Shown here in pieces: positions 43,205-53,785 of a stretch of DNA of 64,000 nucleotides. The stretch comes from Chrysemys picta bellii (lineage: Eukaryota), in the NCBI RefSeq assembly GCF_011386835.1, contig NC_088802.1, positions 1,550,001 to 1,614,000 of the forward strand, written 5' to 3'. Below the pieces are notes generated by a model. The model did no database searches, was not told the origin of the DNA, and was given only the letters and a program-made list of their open reading frames with translations. Every line of letters begins with the position of its first letter. Position 1 is the stretch's first letter. The position numbers and the translations under genes are program-made.

Positions 43205-46200
43205 ATGGGCCGACCCCAGAGGAACTGGGGGGTGCTGGCCCCCCTCTGCCTCCTCCTCCTCTTCCTCCTCACCCTCGGTGCCTCCTACAAGCCGGTCGTG
43301 GTCGTTCACGGCCTTTTCGACAGCCCTTCGGTCTTCAGCCACCTACTGCACTTCATCAACCAGGTCAGCCCGGATGCCTGGGTCCCCCCCCCCCCCCCCC
43401 AGGACTCCTGGGTTCTCTCCCGGCTCTGGGAGCAGAGTGGGGGTTGATGGTCAGAGTGGGGGGGCTGAGAGCCTGGACTCCTGGGTTCTCTCCCCAGTTC
43501 TGGGAGGGAAGTGGGGGCTGGGGGGTTAGAGCGGGGGGGGGCTGAGAGCCCGGACTCCTGGGTTCTCTCCTCGGCTCTGGGAGAGGAGTGGGGGCTGGTG
43601 GGTTAGAGGCGGGGGGCTGGGAGCCAGGACTCCTGGGTTCTCTCCCCAGCTCTGGGAGGGAAGTGGGGGCTGGTGGGTTAGAGCAGGGGGGGCTGGGAGC
43701 CTGGACTCCTGGTTCTATCCCAGCTCCGGGAGGGAAGTGGGGGCTGGTGGTTAGAGCGGGGGGGCTGGGAGCCCGGACTCCTGGGTTCTCTCCCAGCTGT
43801 GGGCGGGAGGGAGGCAGATGTTGTACTAACTGGAGCAGAGGGTGGATTTCACTGGCCCCAGCCCAGCTGACTCAGGGCCCTGGAGCTAAAACAGCAGGTA
43901 GCAAAACAACCCGGAGACACCCATGGGGTGACAGGGAACGTGGGCAGTGCGGTGTAGTAGTTAGACCAGATAGTCAGGACTCCTGGGTTCTCTCCTCTGG
44001 GAGGGGAGTGGGGGCTGGTGGGTTAGAGCAGGGGTGCTGGGAGCCAGGACTCCTGGGTTTTCTCCCAGCTCCACTCTGGTGGCTTAGAGCGGGGTGGGGC
44101 TGGGACGCCTGGGTTCCATTCTCCACGCACTGTGTGTTGTACTTAAAGGAGGAACCAGCCATCACCGCAGCCCCCGGCCTCAGGGTAACCCAGCCCCAGC
44201 GCTGAGCGAAGTTATTGTGTACCGCACAGGATCTCTTCAGGGGGAATAAGGCAAACGCCACATTTATTAGTAATACACGTATTCATTAACACTGTATTAT
44301 ATGCATATAATATATTACACACACACACACACACAAACACACTCCGTCTTGTTGTTACCAATTAGTTGCTCCCCTTAACTTCACTGGCCAGGTGAGTTAG
44401 ATGGGGGAGGGGGTGGAGCCGGGCTTCTGCCGATCTGGATCGATGCTCCCATGTTGACAAGACGAGACCCGGGGTCCTCTGCAAGACACCTCACTTTTAT
44501 AGCCGCTTCTCTCTCCTGCAGATCTGTACCAGCTCCAAACTCTGTGTCTGTGTGGTTGAGGCTTGACACAAAGTTTCTACATGAGGCTTTGATACAAAGT
44601 CCCATGAAAACAGAGGTCACACGTGGGTAGACCCACTACAAGGTTATAGGAAGAGGCACAATGTAAAGTCATATGAAAATTATCAGAGATTGATCTACGT
44701 GTGTGACCTCATGCACGTCCCTCATCGCTCCCTGCCTCAGTTTCCTTCCTGTCACACAGACCAGGCCTGGCAGGCGGTTTGAATGTGTCTGAATGCAAAG
44801 TTTGTTTTAAACTCTGAAGATAAGAAATGCCAAGTGAAATCAGTTCTCTCCAATCCCCACCCACGCAGGAATCAACAGAGCTGGGGAAGCCCAGGGCTGG
44901 GCTGGCAGGGGCTGCGAGTCGGGAGTGAGGGGCACCGGCCGGGCTGGGGGCTGCGGGTCGGGAGTGAGGGGCACCGGCCGGGCTGGGGGCTGCGGGTCGG
45001 GAATGAGGGGCACCGGCCGGGCTGGGGGTTGTGGGTCGGGAGTGAGGGGCACCAGCGGAGCAGGGGGGAGCTGGGCTCTCACCCGTCTCTCCCTGGCACA
45101 GACCCACCCTGGCACCAACGTGACGGTCGTGGATCTCTTCGACCACAGCCAGAGCCTGAAGCCACTGTGGGTGCAGGTGGAGGGTTTCCGACAGGCCATT
45201 TCGCCCATCATGCAGAACGCGGCCGACGGGGTGCATCTCATCTGCTATTCGCAGGGTACGGCCGGCCCCAGGGGCCCTGGTACCACCCGGGCTGGGAGAG
45301 CAGGGCTGCGGGTCGGGAGTGAGGGGCACCGGGGGGCTGGGGGGACCCAGGGGGCTGCGGGTCGGGAGTGAGGGGCACCGGGCTCGAGGGGTACGGGGGG
45401 GAGCGGTTTTGGTGCCTCCCCCTGCTGCTCGCTGTGGGAATTGCACTCGGCCCCCTGAGGCGACCTGGACCCAGGCGATCGGGGGAGGTTTTGTTTGTCT
45501 CCTCGCAGTGGTGGTCGGGGGATGTGCCAGGTGTTGCGGATTGTGGGGGAGTTAGGGCCCTGCACCCCTCTTCCCGAGATTCACTGCGACTCTCAGCCAG
45601 CCAGTAAAGCAGAAGGTTTATTCAAGGACAGGAACACAGTCTCAAGCAGAGCGTGTAGGTACGACCAGACCCCCCTCAATTAGGTCCCTCTGGGAGGTTC
45701 AGGGAGCTTAGACCCCAGCTTGGGGTTCCCTGCGTTGCACCACCCAGCCCCAACCGAAACTAAACTCCCAGCCCCTCCCGCTGCTCCTCTCCTTTGTTCA
45801 GTCTCCCGGGCAGAAGGTGTTAATTCTCCCCACCCCCGTTCCTGGCTCAGGTTACAGCTCAGGTAGCTCCCTTCAAGGGAAGTCCCACATCCCCACTGCA
45901 ACCCCCCTGCAACATTCCCAGGTCAAATCTGCCCTGCTCCCTGCTCCGTCACATCTCTCCCCCCTTCGAGACTGAACTGAGCGGGGTCACTCTGACCAGT
46001 GACCTGGGGAAGTTCAGGGCTCCCTCTCCGGGACAACGCGTCCGCTATCAGGTTGTCACGTCCCTTCACATGGACCACGTCCATGTCATAATCCTGCAGG
46101 AGCAGGCTCCATCTCAGGAGCTTGGCGTTGGCTCCTTTCATCTGGTGCAGCCAGGTCAGGGGAGAGTGGTCGGTGTGCACGGTGAAGTGACGCCCAAAGA

Positions 46201-49200
46201 GATATGGCTCTAGTTTCTTGAGGGCCCACACCATGGCCAGGCATTCCTTCTCGATGGCCGCGTAGTTCTGCTCCCGGGGTAGTAACTTCTTGCTCAGGTA
46301 CACGATGGGGTGTCTCTCCCCCTTTTCATCCTCCTGCATTAACACCGCCCCCAGTCCTGTGTCTGAGGCGTCGGTGAACACCATAAAGGGCTTGTCAAAG
46401 TCTGGGTTTGCCAGAACTGGGCCACTGACCAGAGCCTCCTTCAGCGCCCGGAGAGCCTCCTGGCACTCCTCGGTCCAGACCACTTTGTCTGGCTTCCCCT
46501 TCTTGCACAGCTCAGTGATGGGGGCGGCTATGGCGCTAAAGTGGGGCACGAACCTCCGATAGTACCCTGCCATCCCAATAAAGGCTTGGACCTGCTTTTT
46601 GGTTTGAGGAGCGGGCCAGTCTCTGATCACCTCCACTTTGGCTGGTTCCGGCTTTAGGCAGCCGCTTCCCACCCGGTGGCCTAGGTAGGATACCTCAGCC
46701 ATCCCCACCTTGCACTTCTCCGGTTTTACGGTCAGCCCAGCCTTCTGGAGTCGGTCCAGCACTTGTCTAACCTGGGATATGTGGTCCTCCCAGGTCTGGC
46801 TAAAGACACAGATGTCATCGATATACGCCACGGCAAAACTCTCCATCCCCCTCAGTAGCTGATCCACCAGGCGCTGGAAGGTGGCCGGCGCTCCCTTGAG
46901 GCCGAAGGGCAGGGTCAGGAACTCATAGAGCCCCAGAGGGGTGACAAAGGCCGATTTCAGCCTGGCATCTGCATCCAGCGGCACTTGCCAATAGCCCTTT
47001 GTAAGATCCATGGTGGTAAGGTACCGAGCACCTCCCAGCTTGTCTAGGAGCTCGTCCGGCCTGGGCATGGGGTAGGCATCGGCTACAGTGATGGCATTGA
47101 GCTTCCGATAGTCCACACAGAACCGGATCGACCCGTCCTTTTTGGGGACCAGCACCACCGGCGAGGCCCAAGGGCTGGAAGACGGCTGGATCACCCCCAA
47201 AGCCAGCATGTCATTGACCTCTCTTTCCAGGTCCTGAGCAGTTTTCCCTGTGGCTCGGAAGGGGGAGCATTTTATAGGTGGGTGCGATCCTGTCTGCACC
47301 CGGTGGACAGTCAGATTAGTGCGTCCAGGCTGGTTGGAAAACAGCTGCTGGTACAGATGCAGCACCCCTCCGATCTCAGCTCGCTGGGCAGGGGTTAGCC
47401 GATCAGAGAGGGGAATTGCTTCCAGGGGGAAGCCAACTCTTGTCCCAGGGAATAGATCTACTAAAGGGTCATCTCCCTGCCCCTCCCACTGTCCACACAC
47501 GGCCAACACCATATTCCCCCTGTCATAATATGGCTTCATCATATTCACATGGTACACCCGGTGGTGGTGTGCCCGGTTCGACAGCTCCACCACATAGTTT
47601 ACCTCGTTTAGTTGCTTGACAACCTTGAAGGGCCCTTCCCAGGCGGCCTGGAGTTTGTTTTTCCTCACGGGGATGAGGACCATCACCTGATCCCCAGTGG
47701 CGAAGGCGCGGGCCCGTGCTGTGCGGTCATACCAGACCTTCTGCTTCCTCTGGGCTCTGGCCAGATTCTCCCTGGCCAGGCCCATGAGCTCGGCAAGTCG
47801 TTCCCGGAAGGTCAGGACATACTCCACCACCGACTCTCCGTCAGGAGTGGCCTTCCCCTCCCATTCGTCTCTCATCAGGTCGAGGGGCCCCCTTACCCGC
47901 CTTCCATATAGCAGTTCGAAAGGCGAAAACCCGGTAGACTCCTGGGGTACCTCCCTGTACGCAAACAGCAGGTGAGGTAAGTACTTGTCCCAGTCCTGCG
48001 GGTGCTGATTCATAAATGTTTTCAGCATCATTTTTAGCGTCCCATTGAACCTCTCCACCAGCCCGTTGGATTGGGGGTGATATGCTGAGGCCCAGTTGTG
48101 CCGGACCCCACATCTCTCCCACAAGCACCGGAGTAGGGCCGACATGAAGTTGGACCCTTGGTCCGTCAAGACTTCCTTGGGGAACCCCACTCGGCTGAAA
48201 ATGGTCAGCAGCGCATCCGCCACAGTGTCTGCTTCAATGGACGATAAGGGCACTGCCTCGGGGTAGCGGGTGGCGAAATCTACCACCACCAGGATGTATT
48301 TCTTCCCAGACCGGGTCGTCTTGCTGAGAGGTCCCACTATGTCCATGGCCACCTTCTGGAAAGGCTCCTCTATGATGGGCAAAGGTCTCAATGCTGCCTT
48401 CCCCTTGTCCCGGGCCTTCCCCACCCTCTGGCAGGGGTCACAGGATCGGCAGTACTGCCGGACGTTGGTGAAGACCCCGGGCCAGTAAAAGTTCTGTAGC
48501 AGCCTCTGCCTGGTGCGCCGGATCCCCTGGTGCCCTGCGAGAGGGATGTCATGGGCCAGGTACAGTAGCTTGTGGCGAAACTTCTGGGGAACCACCAGCT
48601 GCCTCCTGATCCCCCACGACTCCACTTCCCCCGGGGGAGCCCACTCTCGGTAGAGGAACCCCTTCTCCCACAGGAACCTCTCCTTGCATCCTCTCCTCAT
48701 GGTCTGTCCCACACTGAGGTCAGCCAGGCCCCTTAGCTTCCGCAGGGAGGGGTCCTTCTGCAACTCGGCCTGGAACTCGGCGGCTGAGGAAGGGATGGGG
48801 ACCTGCTCCCTCTCGTCGGCTGGGTCGGAAGCCCCAGCCACCCCGCGGCCTGTCCTTGGGTGTTCCCTCCCCACCCGGGAAGGGTTCGGTGCCTCCGGTG
48901 GGACATCCTTCCCAAGGTCAGGGCGTAGTGCCCCTCGCCGGCTCTGGCTACGGGTCACGACTAAGGCGGTCTGGGGGCTGCTTGGCCAGTCCTCTAGGTC
49001 CCCCCCCATCAACACCTCAGTGGGCAAATGGTGGTGCACTCCCACGTCCTTGGGGCCCTCCTTGGCCCCCCATTTCAGGTGTACCCTCGCTACGGGAACC
49101 TTGAATGTGGTCCCGCCCACCCCGGTCAGGGTCAGGAAGGTGTTGGGCACCACCCGATCTGGGGCCACCACCTCGGGCCGGGCCAGTGTCACCTCTGCGC

Positions 49201-52200
49201 CCGTGTCCCAGTATCCATAAACTTTCTTCCCATCCACCTCCAGGGGAACAAGGCACTCGCTCCGCAGGGACAGCCCCGCGCCAACCCTGTAAACGGAGAA
49301 CTTTGAATCCGGAGCATCTGGCCCCCCAGAGAAGCTGGCCGGGGGCCCTTCTCTCTCTTGAGCAGTTGATAAGCTGCCAGCCCCTCTTGCGTGGGAAGCC
49401 TGCCCCTCGTCCGTCTGGGCCTCTACCAAGTTAACCCGGTGCGGGTTCGGTCTGCTCAGTCTGTCCTTGAGCTTGGGGCACTGGGCCCGAACGTGGCCTC
49501 TTCGGCCGCAGTAATAGCAGCTCAGGTCCCGTGGGTCCCCTCGAGCCGGTCGGTTGTCCCTGATGCTGGGCCTTCCCCGTGGGAGGGGATTCCCCATATT
49601 CCCCCTTTGGGAGGTCCCAGGGTGACTCTCTCTCTGCATCGCGGCGGGCCTGTTCCTTTGGGGCTCCTCCCTGCCACCCCCTGACCGGCTCTTTACAAAC
49701 TCATCAGCCAGCTGCCCGGCGTGTCGCGGGTTCTCTGGCTTTCTGTCCACCAACCACAGCCTCAGGTCGGATGGGCACCGCTCATACAGTTGCTCCAGTA
49801 CCAGCAGTTTAATCAGGTCCTCCTTCGTCTGGGCCCCACCAGCCCACTTGCTGGCGTATCTTTCCATGCGGACGGCTAGTTGCAAATATGAGATCTCAGG
49901 GGTTTTATCTTGACCCCGGAACCTTTCCCGGTACATCTCAGGAGTCAGCCCAAACTCTCGTAGCAGGGCCCTTTTGAATAGTTCGTAGTCCCCTTTCTCT
50001 GCCTCTCCCAGTTGGCGGTACAATGCCACGGATTTGGGGTCCAGTAAGGGGGTAAGGACCCGGAGTCTGTCCGCGGGATCCACCCGGTGCAGCTCGCAGG
50101 CCGTCTCAAAGGCCTCCAGGAAGTCATCCATGTCCTCCCCCTCCTTGTATGGGGCCATGATGCACTTATCAAAGCTCCGTGCAGTCCTGGGTCCCCCATC
50201 ACTCACCGCAGCCGGGGGTTCGCTGCCCCTCAGTCTCGCCAGTTCCAGTTCGCGCTGATGCTGTCTCTCATTCTCCTGTCTCTGTCTCTCATTCTCCTGT
50301 CTCTGTCTCTCATTCTCCTCCCGTTCATGCTGATGCTGTCTCTCTTTCTCCTCCCGTTCATGCTGACGCTGTCTCTCTTCATGCTGTCTCTGTTGTTCAC
50401 GATCCTCCAGCTCCCTCAGTTTTAGCTCTTTCTCCCATTCCAGCCAATTCCGCTCCCCGGATGCCGAACGTTGCCGGGAGGATCCTCTGCTGGCCGGCGG
50501 GCTTCGCCGGGGGGACCCCCTGCTGGCCGGGGGGATCACGGCGCCTTCGGTATTTGCTGGGCTCCTCCCCACCCTTCCCCTAGGCATAGGAAGGAGGGGT
50601 CTCGGGAAGCCCTCAGCAGCCGGCTGACCACTCCCAGCTGGGACAGACACTGGTGCCTGCGCTGCATTTGCCAGGCTGCTTCCCTGAGACACAGGGATCA
50701 GTTCATTCGCGCGATCTTCCGCCTCCAGCTGGGCAATGAGCTGTTCTTTGGTGAGCCTCCCAATGCGCAGCTGCCTCTGCTTGCACAGCTCCACCAGGTC
50801 GCTCTTAAGCCGCTTGGCATACATCTTCCTGCTGGCCACTCACCGGCCTGTGTGCTCACAGCTCCCCACAGTTCCCAGGGGGACCCCTAGTGTGCCAGCC
50901 CTTCTCGAGGTCACCGCCTCTCTGCCAGGGTCGAGCTGCAGACTCCTCCGCCCCTGGGACCACTCGCTGCGATCCCCCCGGGGGACCCTGTTACTGCAAA
51001 AGTCCTTCTCGCTGGTCACACACTCCCAGGGGTAATAACCGTCTCTCTCCCACTCTTCAGCAGGCCTGGTCCCCGTCAATCCCCCTTCGTTTTACTGCTC
51101 CCCAGTCACTTACTGCAGGAAGCGCCGTCCACGGGGTGCAGTAGATCCCGTCGCTGCCACCAGTTGTTGCGGATTGTGGGGGAGTTAGGGCCCTGCACCC
51201 CTCTTCCCGAGATTCACTGCGACTCTCAGCCAGCCAGTAAAGCAGAAGGTTTATTCAAGGACAGGAACACAGTCTCAAGCAGAGCGTGTAGGTACGACCA
51301 GACCCCCCTCAATTAGGTCCCTCTGGGAGGTTCAGGGAGCTTAGACCCCAGCTTGGGGTTCCCTGCGTTGCACCACCCAGCCCCAACCGAAACTAAACTC
51401 CCAGCCCCTCCCGCTGCTCCTCTCCTTTGTTCAGTCTCCCGGGCAGAAGGTGTTAATTCTCCCCACCCCCGTTCCTGGCTCAGGTTACAGCTCAGGTAGC
51501 TCCCTTCAAGGGAAGTCCCACATCCCCACTGCAACCCCCCTGCAACATTCCCAGGTCAAATCTGCCCTGCTCCCTGCTCCGTCACACCAGGTTCTCCCTC
51601 CCCCGCCCCCCACAGCATCAGAGCGACCCCCCCCTCATTTCTCCCTCTCCCTAGGGGGGCTCATCTGCCGAGCTCTGCTCTCCACCATGCCTGATCACAA
51701 CGTCGACACCTTCATCTCCCTCTCCGCCCCCCAGATGGGGCAGTACGGGGGTGAGTGCGCACCGGGGGGGGACTGCAGGGCGGGAGTGAGGGGAACTGGG
51801 GGGGCTGGGGTCTGCGGGTCGGGAGCGAGGGGCACCGGCCGGGCCGGGGGGGCTGCGGGTCGGGAGTGAGGGGCATTGGGGGGCTGTGGGTCGGGAGCGA
51901 GGGGCGCCGGCCGGGCTGGAGGGAACTGGGGGGGGGGCCGAGGCCCGTCTGACTCCCTGCCCCCCTGCAGACACCCGGTACCTGCGCTGGCTCTTCCCCA
52001 GGTACGTGAAGTCCAACCTGTACCGGTTCTGTTACACCCGGGTGGGCCAGGACGTCTCCATCTGCAACTACTGGAACGGTGAGTCCGGGGGAAAAGGGGG
52101 TGGGCCGGGGGAGGGGCACGTGGGGCCTGGTGGCTCCCCACGGACTCTGACCCCCCCCCCTCTTGCCTTCCAGACCCACATCACCGGGACCGTTATCTCA

Positions 52201-53785
52201 ACAGCAGCAACTTCCTCGCCCTGCTCAACAGTGAAAGGGTTAATCCCAACACCACAGGTAAGGGAGGTGCCCCTCACTCCCGACCCGCAGCTCCCCCCCC
52301 CACTCCGCCGGCGCCCCTCACTCCCGACCCACAGACCCCCGCTCCGCCGGTGCCCCTCACTCCCGACCCGCAGCCCCCCCGCTCCGCTGGTGCCCCTCAC
52401 TCCCAACCCGCAGCCCCCTGTTTCTCTAGGCTGGTCCTTGCAGGGTGGGGGGTTTACAGCTGGGGTCCCCCTGCCCCCCATAACTCCCGTCCCCTGTGCC
52501 CCCAGCCTGGAAGAGGAACCTCTTGCGGATCCGGAAGCTGGTTCTGGTCGGGGGTCCGGACGACGGGGTCATCACGCCCTGGCAGTCCAGGTGAATGCGC
52601 CGGCCGGAGATCGGGGCCGGGGATGATTTATGGGGGCCATAGAAAAGGGCACTGGAAGTTGGGGGTGTGAAGTTGGGGGTCTGTGGGGGCTGTCCTGGGA
52701 GGTGGGAGGGTTCAGAGCTGGGGCTGTGGTGGGAGGGGCGGGGTGCAGAGGGGGGCAGGGTCATGGGGGGTTCAGATGGGGGAGGGGCAGGGTTGTGGGG
52801 GAGGGGAGGGGTCGTGGGGATATGATGAAGTTTGGGGGCTGACGCAGGATTCAGGGGGCTGGAAGAAGCTGCAGTGAAGGGAACCCCCAGTGGGGAAGAT
52901 TTGGGGCGCCGGGGAGGGCGCCAGAAATTGGGGGCTGGCCCTGGGCTGGGTCTGCAGCTCCCTGCGATCTGGGCGCCCCCCAATGAACGACCCCCCAGTA
53001 ACCCCCCCGAACCTCCCAAACAGCCTCTTCGCTTTCTACAACCTCAACGAGACGGTGACGGACATGGAGCAGCAGCTGGTGAGCGGAGCTGGAGGGCCTG
53101 GGAGGGGAGTGGGGGCTGGTGGGTTAGAGCAGGGGGGGCCGGGAGCCAGGACTCCTGGGTTCTCTCCCCAGCTCTGGGAGGGGAGTGGGGGCTGGTGGGT
53201 TAGAGCAGGGGGGGCTGGGAGCCAGGACTCCTGGGTTCTCTCCCCGGCTCTGGGAGGGGAGTGGGGGCTGGTGGGTTAGAGCAGGGGGGGCTGGGAGCCA
53301 GGACTCCTGGGTTCTCTCCCCAGCTCTGGGAGGGGAGTGGGGGCTGGTGGGTTAGAGCAGGGGGAGCTGGGAGCCAGGACTCCTGGGTTCCCTCCCCAGC
53401 TCTGGGAGGGGAGTGGGGGCTGGTGGGTTAGAGCAGGGGGGCTGGGACCCAGGACTCCTGGGTTCCCTCCCCAGCTCTGGGAGGGGAGTGGGGGTTAGTG
53501 GTCAGAGCAGGGGGGGCTGGAAGCCAGGACTCCTGGGTTCTCCTGTCTCTGGCCCTGATGCCCAGCGGGACGGGGGGGGGGGGGGCTCTATCTGTATTAC
53601 ACTGTGTGACTCTCGCCTGGCTCTGATCCCCCCCCCCCCAGGTGTACCTGCAGGACAGCTTTGGGCTGAAGACGCTGGACGCCCGCGGTGCCATCGCCCG
53701 GTGCCTGGTGCCCGGGGTGCCACACACGGCCTGGCACTCGAACCGCACCGTCTACGAGACCTGCCTGGCCCCCTGGCTCTCCTAG
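43205..53785 (+). CDS. PPT2: Lysosomal palmitoyl-protein thioesterase 2
   Basis: Exons 43205-43363, 45102-45255, 51655-51750, 51971-52078, 52174-52257, 52506-52590, 53024-53078 and 53642-53785 join in frame. Signal peptide, [13 protein letters not shown], catalytic [29 protein letters not shown] at 55913-55918. Confidence 0.96.
44135..44699 (-). mobile_element. Solo LTR of the same family as 36363-40136, internally deleted, in PPT2 intron 1
   Basis: Reverse-complement match to both LTR ends; 4-bp TSD TGTG at 44131-44134 and 44700-44703; carries a 71-bp insert at 44149-44219. Confidence 0.85.
45532..51586 (-). mobile_element. Full-length Gmr1-type Ty3/Gypsy LTR retrotransposon in PPT2 intron 2 (antisense)
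   Basis: 422-bp LTRs at 45532-45953 and 51165-51586 with TG...CA ends; 5-bp TSD CCAGG at 45527-45531 and 51587-51591; tRNA-Leu-like PBS TGGTGGCAGCGACGGGATC at 51162-51144; PPT at 45966-45954. Confidence 0.96.
45923..50839 (-). CDS. Gag-Pol polyprotein, 1638 aa: capsid/SCAN-like, CCHC knuckle, protease, integrase, RT, RNase H
   Basis: Uninterrupted ORF with [29 protein letters not shown] integrase (GHQGIRRT...CDPC; DIVGP; TDQGSNF; NGLVER), YIDD at 46825-46814, and DASDTG/TDH. Integrase lies before RT. Confidence 0.96.
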   Translation of the reverse strand: MASRKMYAKRLKSDLVELCKQRQLRIGRLTKEQLIAQLEAEDRANELIPVSQGSSLANAAQAPVSVPAGSGQPAAEGFPRPLLPMPRGRVGRSPANTEGAVIPPASRGSPRRSPPASRGSSRQRSASGERNWLEWEKELKLRELEDREQQRQHEERQRQHEREEKERQHQHEREENERQRQENERQRQENERQHQRELELARLRGSEPPAAVSDGGPRTARSFDKCIMAPYKEGEDMDDFLEAFETACELHRVDPADRLRVLTPLLDPKSVALYRQLGEAEKGDYELFKRALLREFGLTPEMYRERFRGQDKTPEISYLQLAVRMERYASKWAGGAQTKEDLIKLLVLEQLYERCPSDLRLWLVDRKPENPRHAGQLADEFVKSRSGGGREEPQRNRPAAMQRESHPGTSQRGNMGNPLPRGRPSIRDNRPARGDPRDLSCYYCGRRGHVRAQCPKLKDRLSRPNPHRVNLVEAQTDEGQASHARGAGSLSTAQEREGPPASFSGGPDAPDSKFSVYRVGAGLSLRSECLVPLEVDGKKVYGYWDTGAEVTLARPEVVAPDRVVPNTFLTLTGVGGTTFKVPVARVHLKWGAKEGPKDVGVHHHLPTEVLMGGDLEDWPSSPQTALVVTRSQSRRGALRPDLGKDVPPEAPNPSRVGREHPRTGRGVAGASDPADEREQVPIPSSAAEFQAELQKDPSLRKLRGLADLSVGQTMRRGCKERFLWEKGFLYREWAPPGEVESWGIRRQLVVPQKFRHKLLYLAHDIPLAGHQGIRRTRQRLLQNFYWPGVFTNVRQYCRSCDPCQRVGKARDKGKAALRPLPIIEEPFQKVAMDIVGPLSKTTRSGKKYILVVVDFATRYPEAVPLSSIEADTVADALLTIFSRVGFPKEVLTDQGSNFMSALLRCLWERCGVRHNWASAYHPQSNGLVERFNGTLKMMLKTFMNQHPQDWDKYLPHLLFAYREVPQESTGFSPFELLYGRRVRGPLDLMRDEWEGKATPDGESVVEYVLTFRERLAELMGLARENLARAQRKQKVWYDRTARARAFATGDQVMVLIPVRKNKLQAAWEGPFKVVKQLNEVNYVVELSNRAHHHRVYHVNMMKPYYDRGNMVLAVCGQWEGQGDDPLVDLFPGTRVGFPLEAIPLSDRLTPAQRAEIGGVLHLYQQLFSNQPGRTNLTVHRVQTGSHPPIKCSPFRATGKTAQDLEREVNDMLALGVIQPSSSPWASPVVLVPKKDGSIRFCVDYRKLNAITVADAYPMPRPDELLDKLGGARYLTTMDLTKGYWQVPLDADARLKSAFVTPLGLYEFLTLPFGLKGAPATFQRLVDQLLRGMESFAVAYIDDICVFSQTWEDHISQVRQVLDRLQKAGLTVKPEKCKVGMAEVSYLGHRVGSGCLKPEPAKVEVIRDWPAPQTKKQVQAFIGMAGYYRRFVPHFSAIAAPITELCKKGKPDKVVWTEECQEALRALKEALVSGPVLANPDFDKPFMVFTDASDTGLGAVLMQEDEKGERHPIVYLSKKLLPREQNYAAIEKECLAMVWALKKLEPYLFGRHFTVHTDHSPLTWLHQMKGANAKLLRWSLLLQDYDMDVVHVKGRDNLIADALSRRGSPELPQVTGQSDPAQFSLEGGRDVTEQGAGQI
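53090..53540. repeat. Minisatellite family B in the last PPT2 intron
   Basis: About 65-bp unit, 6-7 copies. Confidence 0.88.

Noticed and set aside
51120-51141. REST/RE1-like sequence in the Gypsy leader
   Set aside because: Spacing and several positions deviate from the RE1 consensus.
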